From Antedon mediterranea (taxonomy: Eukaryota; Animalia; Echinodermata): 64,000 nucleotides of DNA. Positions 45,601 to 54,035 of this stretch are shown here, one piece after another (the first letter of the stretch is position 1; each line of letters starts with the position of its first letter). Below the pieces are notes generated by a model. It saw nothing but the letters and a program-made list of their open reading frames with translations, did no database searches and was not told the DNA's origin. Location of the stretch: NCBI RefSeq assembly GCF_964355755.1, contig NC_092675.1, positions 17,952,912 to 18,016,911 on the forward strand, given 5' to 3'. The position numbers and the translations under genes are program-made.

Positions 45601-48600
45601 CACAACTAGTTCACTTCCAGAAACATGGAAACAATCATCTATTGTTCCTATTCCAAAAAGCCGTGTTATTAAGTATATGAATGATATCAGGCCAGTTGCC
45701 TTAACATCAGTTGTAAGTAAAATATGTGAGAAAATTGTTTTAAAATGCTTAAAACCAATAGTCACCACGCATACTGATCCCATGCAATTTGCATACAGAA
45801 GTGCTCGGAGCACAGAAGATGCGATTGTCGTTAAACTTGAAAGGCTGTATCGTCATTTAGATAAAACAAAGGTTGGAAATTCAGCCCGTGTTATGTATTA
45901 CGACTTCTCCTCTGCGTTTAACACTATTCAACCCCATTTACTAGTATATAAGCTGTGTAAGATGGCCATTCCCTTTAATTTGATTCTTTTTATTCTGATA
46001 GAATACAGAAAGCAGTATGTGAAGCTTAGCCCAACAGTATGTTCTGATGTTGGTGTTTCCAATTATTATTATTTATTTCCAAAAATAATTAGCCCCTTTT
46101 TTGTTTACCTTGTATACGAGTGATTATATATCTAAATATGATTCTTGCCCAGTTGTACGATTTGCTGACGATACGGCGATGATTGGCTTGATTCAGAAGG
46201 ACGATTGCACTTCATATTTAAATGAGATTAATAATTTTGTGAAATATAGTAATGATAACTTTTTAGAATTGAATGTTGAAAAAACAAAGGAAATGATTAT
46301 AGATTTTAGAAAGAAAACAAATAAATGTGATCTAGTTGACATAATGGGTAGACAAATTCAGAGGGTGGAAACATATAAATATCTGGGGGTTGTATTTAAC
46401 AATAAATTGACGTGGAGTAACCACTTGGATCTCGTTATAAAGAAAGTAAATACTAGAATGTACTGTTTAAGACAACTAAACAAGTTCAGTGTAATAATAA
46501 TATTTTGATTACATTCTATCAGTCTATTATTGTTGGGGTTTGGAAATATTGTATTGCAGGGTGGGGTGGAAATGTTACAGATGGAGATAAGGGTAGAATT
46601 GATCGTGTGGTCAGAAGGGTTGAGAGGATGTCTGGTTTGTGTCAGCAGTCGGTGGATTCAGTTTATTGCGAGAACCTGGACAGGCTTTTTGGGATTGTGT
46701 TGACGGACGAAAGTCATCCTGTGAATTCCGATTTAGGCAGTCTCAGGAGTGCTCGCAGTGGAAGATTGCGATCCGCGGCTGCTGACACAAACCGATATCT
46801 TTTCTCCTTTCTGCCCACAGGTATCAGGAGACATCAGCGGAATTCATCCAGATGAGTTTTTAAAATAGGTATTGTTGTATTGTCATGTTATTTTATATAT
46901 TGTAATTATGATGTATTTGAAGACGAGCAATGTAATTTTCTCCTTGTGGGAACGAATAAAGATTATACTTGATACTTGATACTTGAGTAGTTTACGAGAT
47001 TTTTACCCAAAAATGAATAAAATCAGTATTTTACATATAAAAGCTCCATTTTTTGATATCCACTCCCATATAGTTAGGGCAGTTTTTACAAGTTGAAAAA
47101 AAATTCAAGCATATGTTACAAAAATATTTGCTATTCATTAAAATAAAAAAATGAAATTTTACAAAAAAAATGCAAAAAATGAGATTAATTTCCATATATT
47201 TTGCAAAATAATGACTCAAATTACTTTTAATGATAATCAATGTATTCAGCTTTACATTGAGCCTAATTCCAAAATAATTGATGCATTTCATCAAATACTG
47301 TGTCATAAAATAAAGATATTGGTAAAATAGCATGAAAAAATAGGTCATTGACCGCTGACCTGAGAGTGCATCACCAGAATCACTTAAAGCCCCCTTCCCT
47401 ACGTTTTTTAGATCTAATTTAAGATCACAAACTATATTTAATGTAAAAATAATACTATATGGTCCTATTGCGATAACTTTTTTCGTCTTTAAACGGTTAA
47501 AAATGTGAAAAATAAGTCGATTCTAATAATTATAGCGGCCCGCTATAAATCCCAAAATGCATTGCGCGCGGATTGATATTTTTGTTTTTCACCTGTAATT
47601 CGCCCACTTTTCGATCGATCGTGAGGCCAAAACAAATGGAAGACTCCTAACTGCGAAAATACCGGGTTTTCCCCAATTTGTATCAACTGAGTCTGGCAAA
47701 AATAGAAAGACAATTAATGCACCAACTATACAACGTCAGACTAGGTATATAGCTAGCGTACGATGTTCGTACGTTATCGATGTTTACCAGCTAGGCCTAC
47801 AAAACTAAGCCTAGCTAGGCTAGGCCTAAGACCGTCCACGAGAGGTCGATCGCCGCGAGCTACTTAGGTAGTGCATTGTTTCTCACGTTTTATCATAATT
47901 TACCATAAAACGTACATTTAAGACAAGAAATGACATGGTTTAATGTTTTTAAAGTGATATATATGTATTATTTTCCAAAAAACGTCCAAAATTGCAGGGA
48001 AGGGGTCTTTAAGAATTGGGTTTTCAGATGTATGTATGTCTCACACAAAAATCATATTAAGACCAATGGTGAAATATGGGCACTAAATTGACTCATCTCT
48101 CAGACTAAGTGTATATTAGTTTTTGCAAATTAGTTGTTGATACAAAATGCATGTTATTGTTATATTAAAAAAATCAGTGGTTCTAACAAAAGTACTTGTG
48201 CTGAGCTGACCTCAATCCGAGTAGGACACCTAGATGATTTAAATCTGCTGCCCATCATGGATAAATCACAACAGAGGGTCATTCCAAATTGTATTATGAA
48301 CTTAATAAATTAACTGATAGACATGTATTGTATTATATGCGTCATATTGGCCAATACCAAATAAGAAAAATAAATAATTTACAATGGTTTACCTGTAAGT
48401 TTGTTTCTATCAATTTTGATAGATCATCCACTAAAATTGTTTTTTTCTTTGTTCTTACAGCCTAAAGTTATAAAAGGGTACTAGTACAGTGTATTTATTT
48501 ATACTGAGTGACCTCTTAAGTCAAAGACTGGTCTCCCAGAGGGCCCAGTTACGACCAGTGGCTGTGATGTACTACTGTAGTACACCGGGGTGTCCCCCTA

Positions 48601-50670
48601 CTCGAAAGATGTACTAGGTTCTTTTAAGTGCACATGAGCTAGATGTGTACACTGGACCTAAGGTTTATAGTCCTTAACTGAGAAGACTTGTTCTTCGACC
48701 AGAACCATGGAGCGGCTCGGTCACTCAATCGGTGGTGGTTTGGCACAATGTTTTAAAATATTAATTATTCATTACTATTTCATTTATTTTTAGGTTTCCA
48801 CTCAAAATCAGATCAACTCATACTTGTCATGACACTGACAAATCAAGACGACCAAGCTCGATCCTTAATTGTGTTAATATATAGTTTTTCTTATTTTTTT
48901 TGTTGGCTAATTTTATGCCATGCATGGAAAATCATAGCAGATAACATACCTCAAAGGCAGGGAGTGTTGATTTCTTGTTAGTTGTATCAATGTAAGCTAT
49001 GCAACCTATTATATAACAATATAAAAAACAGCCTCTGAAAGATCTGTACAACTTATTTTTTTGCAAATAATCAATTTAATGATAAATTACAATTATAATA
49101 TATTGTTTGAAGGTTTGCATGGCGAAATCAAATGTTGATATCAAGTTTGCGGTACACCACGTGTATTAGTTCTGAAAGAACTGTTGAGTTTCTTGATGTT
49201 TCGATCAATGCTTTGATCGTCCTCAGAAGTGAGAATGCAGAAAGTCCAGGAAACTTGGAATATAAGTGGAAAGGGTGGGACTGGTGTGAAAGCCAGAAAC
49301 AATGGCAAGTTCACACAGTGGGAGGGATTGAAACTAATAACAATTATTTTTACTTTGTAATCAATGTATTTACGTCTAATGAAAATAATTACTTACTTTT
49401 TTCATCATATTTACCAAGTTGATTAGAATTGTTGCATCCCCAACCAAAAACATTGCCATTGAATGTTAAGACAAGGGAATGGTTGCCACCACATGATATT
49501 TGTTGTATAGGTAACCCAGCCAAGCAGGAGACATGTTTAGGGATGGCACAATGGTCTCGAATAGTTCTGTAGCCTAGTTGCCAGTAACTGTTATCACCCC
49601 ATGTATATAGTTTACCACCTGTGCACAAAAAAAGTTAAAAGTTAAATCTCTCTGGTACTGTATAGGAAACCAGGGCAGTTAAAATTTAGTTTAAAAAATG
49701 CTGGTCATTTTGATATGTGTATCCTATGTGTATTCATAAATACAATATAAAATTGTATAAGAAAAAAACAAAAATTCTCTCATATTGGAGTAAGCGATGG
49801 ATTTTTCTATTTGCAGTGGATAATTAGATATCCTTCAATATGATTGGAAATCATTTTAGAGTCATTATCTTTCTTTTTATTATTGAATGTTACTGTATAT
49901 AATTACTTTTTGCAAGAGCCAAGGTGTGTTTAGATCCACAGGCCACTTGGATAATGATTTCTTTGGATAAAGACTTTATGACTCTGAAAAATAAAAACAA
50001 GCATAAATAAGTTTTTTTTTAAAGAAAGTATATGTTTCAAAATATCAAATTTATTTTAAAATTGTTGCATTACTTTGGTGTTGTTCTCTTCTTCAAATGT
50101 ACTTCACCATGACCACATTGACCTTCAGAATCACGACCCCAGCTCATTATTTGACCTTTGTCACTTATGACAATGTTGTGTGCATCCCCACAGGCGGCTT
50201 GTACAATGACAAATGTATCCAGAGAAGAAACATGCACTGCAAAAAAAGAACCACACCACTATTTGAATGTCAAGTTCTAAAGCAACACACAGGATTAGGT
50301 TTATTTGAAAAGATTTTGTCTTTGAAATATTTATAATATATATTTACTTTACAAAGAATGGCTTTGGGAAGAAAAGTGCACAATTAGGACAGAGAATTTT
50401 GTGTGGTAGGCCACAGATTTGCCTGAAAATGTTAATTTTTTCATGTTTTTTATATTTGAAAAACAAACCTGGAGTAGACTTCTCTTCATTTTCACATGTG
50501 TAAACTGTTCCGTCAGTCAGAACAAAGACAGTTTGGTGATTGCCGCATGCTATGTGTTGAATGGAGCGATTATTAAATATTTGCAACTCTTTGATGACTG
50601 GACGTGCAGCAGCAGCATCCTGGTGATCATGTTTAACAGGATTCAAGCAGAACACTTTTGATGATGTCAT
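30605..50670 (-). CDS. HERC4: Small HERC family E3 ubiquitin ligase (HERC3/4-like; RCC1-like domain + HECT), copy 1, 1045 aa, 23 coding exons
   Basis: Exons: 50469-50670, 50074-50236, 49907-49983, 49397-49618, 48950-49005, 48393-48461, 38186-38210, 37881-37972, 37547-37647, 37056-37281, 36260-36408, 35812-35911, 35244-35433, 34727-34878, 34374-34451, 33754-33843, 33226-33468, 32870-32965, 32491-32606, 32093-32284, 31377-31560, 30944-31049, 30605-30813. They total 3138 nt with consistent phases and no internal stop. RCC1 motifs (IACGNHQTVFVLTDGTVYT, ISCGGNHSLVLTFNGNVFGWG), HERC3/4 spacer motif DVEALRVYLLLLECP, HECT motifs (PLKVQFKGEPGIDDGG, FLTGSDRIP, PSAQTCYN, GFGRI*). Orthology within HERC3/4/5/6 is not resolved. 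Confidence 0.88.
31627..31781. mobile_element. Small MITE shared by both HERC paralogs (homologous copy ~55087-55242)
   Basis: Inverted ends CTACTGCAGTTACTGCAGTAACTAC and GTAGTTACTGCAGTAAACTACAGTAG. Confidence 0.6.
38893..39090. repeat. Degenerate ~21-bp minisatellite
   Basis: About 9-10 units of TGG(A/T)GGTTAC(A/G)NNNTTGT. Confidence 0.8.
39939..42518 (+). CDS. Gypsy gag-pol: Gag (two CCHC knuckles), aspartic protease, reverse transcriptase, RNase H
   Basis: CYRCNKGGHKANDC and CHNCKKKGHIKAAC; protease VDTGS; RT LCGDYK and LLDD; RNase H LATDASPYGLGA. Ends at TAA 42516-42518. Confidence 0.95.
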   Translation: MSTIIGRLDPYDGEAEDWASYVERLEAYFMANGVDDDKRVPTLLSLIGPKTYGLLKNLVAPDLPSTKTFPELVDSLERHLSPKPLVIAERFRFHKREQHKGETIQAYLADLRRLTKHCEFGAQLNDALRDRLVCGIRSGSIQKRLLAEAKLTLAKALQMAVAMETATKDASLLQQQFKEEPQSTVNKINVKHYNKQQLCYRCNKGGHKANDCRYKEVECHNCKKKGHIKAACRSKSKQTPHQTKKGKRVNVVDEEEDNLLAMVYVNNVDVGKSVKIKPTIDNIPLDMIVDTGSALSLISTEDFEKYFRNTDLLPTKVQLRTYTGEEVKTKGYLKAKVEYNGQKHDGKLYVVERGGPPLFGRQWLTHIKLDWASIFTVKADHNKADVPAILNKFPKLFNKIGKVNGVKGKLTLQDGAQPVFIKARNVPYALRPAVEAELRNLESQGIITPIQTSYWATPIVPVPKSNGDVRLCGDYKVTVNPKLKVDCYPLPRIEDVFATLAGGQKFTKLDLKQAYLHLEMEEESRNMLTINTHKGLFQFNRLAYGIASAPAIWQRTMEQILNGIPGVQCLLDDMIITGTTHEEHLRNLEKVLKVLSDRGLCLNDKKCEFFKEKVVFCGHVIDKNGLHKTEEKIEAVRNAPKPTTVSELRSFLGLINYYHRFLKDLATEIHPLNKLLEKKEKWTWTKDCEMAFNKAKQLVTADNVLTHYDPTLPVKLATDASPYGLGAILSHNIDGVERPIAYASRTLSAAEKNYSHIDKEALGIVWGVKKFTSYLIGRKFTLVTDNKPLTYIFNTSRAIPATAAARLTRQAIYLSGFNYEIEYKKGENHKNVDGLSRLPLANTEANAEDPVEVFHTMQF
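42519..43799 (+). CDS. Gypsy integrase (HHCC zinc finger + DDE core), same frame as gag-pol after a single TAA
   Basis: LHEGHLG...CSGC, RIHIDYAGP, VSDNGPQF, NGLAERFVQ. ORF 42573 is in frame with 39939 (offset 2634 nt). Confidence 0.93.
   Translation, partial: PLPVTSAQVKIETLHNPTMSKVYDYTMKGWPKSCDPEFEPFHRRRDELSIFDGCLLWGTRIIVPPKFRARVLDELHEGHLGIVKMKSLARSYVWWPRVDADIEKLAKTCSGCQKTLHEPQKAPLHPWQWPSSPWERIHIDYAGPINNIMYLVVVDAQSKWSEVLPTTTATSSKSITLLRDLFARYGLPKQLVSDNGPQFVSEEFEMFLKNNGIRHIKSAPYHPATNGLAERFVQSFKGALKSAKEGNDTKQKLANFLLAYRNAQHNTTGISPAMMFIGRQLRTRLDCIIPDLRQKVENNQESQRKPTSEKKLREFKEGDKVCVRDYRSKSQKWIVGIIHRKTGKLSYEVKAGPDMIWKRHIDQILSSGLTLDLETPPDIDPVDLEPAISATPTPPPEIQQPVEIPQQPPPRRYPQRNRKPPNRLDL
44762..46986 (+). 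mobile_element. 5'-truncated, frameshifted non-LTR retrotransposon (Rex1/Babar or L2-like, CR1 group)
   Basis: Starts inside the APE endonuclease (ILDLCYTNVKNAY...GDH). RT motifs KAPGPD, IRPVALTS, DFSSAFNTI, FADD, KTKEMIIDFRK, YKYLG. The PQG motif is lost near 46060, with frameshifts. AATAAA near 46956, then an (ATACTTG)3 tail. Confidence 0.9.
47388..48008. mobile_element. Kolobok-like MITE, 621 bp
   Basis: TTAA on both sides; TIR AGCCCCCTTCCCT / AGGGAAGGGGTCT (12/13 match), AG termini. Confidence 0.8.
48495..48745 (-). mobile_element. SINE fragment (Meta-domain-like central region)
   Basis: GGTTCTTTTAAGTGCAC...GGACCTAAGGTTTATAGTCCTTAACTGAGAAGAC resembles conserved invertebrate tRNA-SINE cores; absent at the homologous site of copy 2. 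Confidence 0.5.
49094..49333 (-). mobile_element. Penelope-like element remnant carrying a minimal hammerhead ribozyme motif
   Basis: ~240-bp insertion relative to the copy-2 intron (63705-63720). The minus strand reads CTT-CTGAGGA-C-GATCAA-AGCA-TTGATC-GAAAC-ATC-AAG at 49192-49229. Confidence 0.72.
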
Positions 50671-50719
50671 TCTTTAAGATTCAAACATCTAGAATGTTTC
50701 ATGGAGCTATAATGGAAGG

Positions 50720-52374
50720 CAGTGGCGTAACAGGCGGGGGGGCAGGGGGGGCGGAATACCCCCCTGGCGGATTTTACCGGGTTGAGAAGCGTTCGATCGG
50801 GCTGGGTAACAAGTCAAAAAAATAAAATAAAATACAAAGAAGGGATAGAAGAAAGAAAAACAAAGAAAATATAAGATAAGAATAAATATACGATATATGA
50901 TATGGCTTCAAATGAGTCAAATGAGTCACAGTAGTGTACAGTATGATATTCAAGTAAGATGATATGAAATACACAAAATCCTGACTGACAACTCGTGGGA
51001 AGACGCACTGCTTATCAGTACATTAACATGCGGTCAGTTGACTGTGGTTTTTGGCGTCTTTTATCTAAGCCGCCATCGCGGGCATCTCACACACAATTGT
51101 GACGCTGTGCTGTGCGTGTGAGGCCACCTTAAAAAAATACACTCCTACTAATCGTATGTAACGCTCTAGCGATCAGCAAAACGAACGTACTTTCGTGGCT
51201 GGCTGTCGCTCCAATACTCAATCTTTCACAGGCCCGTAACCAGGGGGATCGGGGGATCGTACCCCCGCTGAACAGCGAGTTCCGCTTGTACTCCCACTTT
51301 TTTTTGCTGGGCATACTAACACAACACTACGATTGTTTACTACAGGCCTAGTCTAGCCTTAATAAATTTAATTAATATAAATCGACATAAGAATATAAAG
51401 TATATTTTAACTAAAATATAAAAACCTAACACTAAATTTACAAGATAAATTCTATTTGATAACTGCTGAACATCGTGGTTCTGGAGCTAGCCGTACACAG
51501 AGCATAGTTGTTTGCTTGACATAAAAGGGTATTCCCCTACACAGGTATCTGCGTGCGTGTGACTGCCCAGCCAGCTGCTAGAGAGAAAGCATGCAGCTCA
51601 CGCAAGTGCAAGATGCAATGGTTGAGTGAATTCAGGGATCATCTTAATGCCATGGTTTGTTACCTAAACACCACATGATGGTGAATATGCCTGTTAAAGT
51701 CTCAATGATACGATCCCTTAATGTACCATGTTGTTGCTAGGAGGCTTAAAGGGAGCAGGGATCTAGCCTAGTTTCGGTCGGCAAGAGAATGCCGTCCTCT
51801 GACAATTTAAGGTCGGCAATAAGGTCGGCAATTGAAATTCGTGGGCTGGAAATTACACCAAATTATATAGTTCATAAACAAAAGAGATTAGCCGGAAATG
51901 CGATTTGCGGCCATACATAGGCCTATAGAGAAAAAAAAATTCGAGGGTATGGTTCCACTAAACAACTTAACGATCCACCCCGCCGTCAAACCTGGTTACG
52001 GCCCTGTTTCAGTCTTCTAACCGGAAAAATTACTACCTTTGCCAGGTGCGGATCCAATGTTAGATTGGGTTTTCACATGTTCAAATGTTATGTCACCTGT
52101 GTTTTTAACGGTGGAAAATGTACGATCATTTTGCTGATTGCTGTGCAATAAATGAGAGTGTTATTTCCAGGCCAACTACTACTAGTTGGCGAGGCGCCAT
52201 TTATCATGAATTTTATGTGCAAGAGTACCATTTCCGACGATCTAGGGGTGTCATTTACCAAAATTCGCTTCGCCACAGCCCCCACCATGGGGGGGCTGTG
52301 GCTCAAATACTTCGTGTCTGGAAAGATCAGCCCCTCTTTGCCCCCCCTGACAAGACCCCCTTGTTACGCGGCTG
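50720..52374. mobile_element. hAT non-autonomous element, 1655 bp
   Basis: Perfect 8-bp TSD ATGGAAGG (50712-50719 and 52375-52382); TIR CAGTGGCGTAACA / TGTTACGCGGCTG. Confidence 0.92.
51229..52006. mobile_element. hAT-like MITE nested in the 50720 element
   Basis: TIR CAGGCCCGTAACCAGG / CCTGGTTACGGCCCTG (15/16 match), flanked by TTTCA. Confidence 0.75.
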
Positions 52375-52766
52375 ATGGAAGGAAATTAGCTATTGGCACA
52401 GTTAACTATATGCAATTTATTATTGCCAAAGCCGGTAATAGCGGCAATATCCATATTATTCTACACAAACAACAAAACGAATAAATAATCATAGAGTGAA
52501 GAAGTATACAATTACTATATATGTGACCCAGTCCAGGTCTATCAACTTACATACGTCTATCTTTCATAGACAAGGCTATTCTAAGAAATGACTCGCCATA
52601 AACACTGCCCGAGTAAAAAACTCCCTACCTACCTTACTACTATAGCCATAGAGCTCGATCTAGCCTAGTACTGTAGCTTTATCTTTCAATATAAGACCAA
52701 TTTTTGCCCGTTTCACATGAATTACAACTATGCTTAGTTCATTCGTTTTCACAGCATACAATATAC

Positions 52767-52850
52767 CTTGTGTTGTTTATCATTCTGAATAGTTTTATCA
52801 ATTATTTGAAGTACGATTGGAAATTCCATCTTCCTTTGGGAATTTCCAAG
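52767..52850 (-). promoter_or_regulatory. Putative non-coding first exon/promoter of HERC copy 1 with paired kB-like sites
   Basis: Minus-strand donor CAAG|GTATAT at 52767; GGGAATTTCC at 52838-52847 and TGGAAATTCC at 52818-52827. The matching acceptor AG (50707-50708) is just upstream of the ATG. The exon is inferred only. Confidence 0.4.
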
Positions 52851-54035
52851 GGTGTTTTTTAATGTCAACATTCTGAAGAGGGCGCTGTATATATTATTAT
52901 TATTTGGGAACAGATATTTTACTGGTCTAATTCATATGAAAATAAAAATCAGATTGCTTTATAATGATTGATTATTTTATAAAAAAAAACGTAGACATAA
53001 GAACACAAGCTTAAATAAATATTATTATTATTATTCACACAAACAAATCACGAGAAAACAAGTTATATTCCATGGTTATAAAAAAGAAATGTTCCTTAAA
53101 AAACTTGTTGACGTAACAGTTTAATTATTGTTCTTTCTTTATTAAATGATGCTTTTTTAAATTGATATTCTATTTAATAATTTAAGAAATAATGATTAAT
53201 TTGTTATTAATATTTTAGTTTTCATATTACATATTATGATTGGATTCAGTTTCTTTCTGTAGTTGATTTAGATTATCAATCAATTAATTAAATCTGCAAT
53301 CAACCAATTAACTTTTATTTCAGAACAAGTCCATGGCCTACTGATGATACACACCATCGCCAAAACTATTTACCATAGAAGAAGGATTTGACTATTATTC
53401 AATGATAAATGCCTACGTTGTATGTATACATCTGATTGGCTCTCTTCTCCCAGACGTGCTTTAGAGTCCACACAGTAATATTTATTATTATGGAAATTAA
53501 TTAATTTATAAATAGTGAAGATGATGAGTCAGTGATATTCTGGAAATCAATAAATTACTTTATAAATTTTGAAGATGAAGAAATCCGTCAGAACACTGGT
53601 TACAAGTCAGCTCCAACTGAGATTCGAACCCATAATGGTATGGTGTAATAGGTCCATAGTTAAATATTATAATATACAGAGCTATTCAGTTCAAGCATGG
53701 ACCTATACATTAGATAGGATTTAATTTATAGGTCCATAATGGTTCAACAGCTGACCCCTAATAAATGTTTAATTTTACTATTTATATACTTTCACACAGG
53801 GTTAACGATACTGACACTACTGTATATATACAATTTATAATAGACAGTGATGTAATATGGTTAAATTATTATTATATTATTATATAGTTTATACCATCAG
53901 TAAGTAAATTAACTTGTATTTCAACCACACTCAAATAAAAATTTAATATATTAGGAAACTTCCCCCAATTATCAGGAAACTTGGGAGATCTGACATGGCA
54001 ATGGTCTTTCAAACTTTTGCTAAAACCACAGATGA

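Larger units (their letters stand above)
39282..47030. mobile_element. Older inverted-repeat (foldback/MITE-like) element hosting the Gypsy and the LINE
   Basis: 39320-39412 is the reverse complement of 44651-44752. 39282-39302 and 39433-39487 match the reverse complement of 46987-47030. The right arm is split by the LINE. All of this is absent from the homologous ~1-kb intron of copy 2 (62318-63336). Confidence 0.6.

Noticed and set aside
40256-45813. Several antisense ORFs (71-184 aa) over the Gypsy and LINE
   Set aside because: Shadow ORFs opposite real coding frames, with no recognisable motifs.
48824-48863. Candidate mini-exon in HERC copy 1
   Set aside because: In-frame TGA and absent from copy 2.
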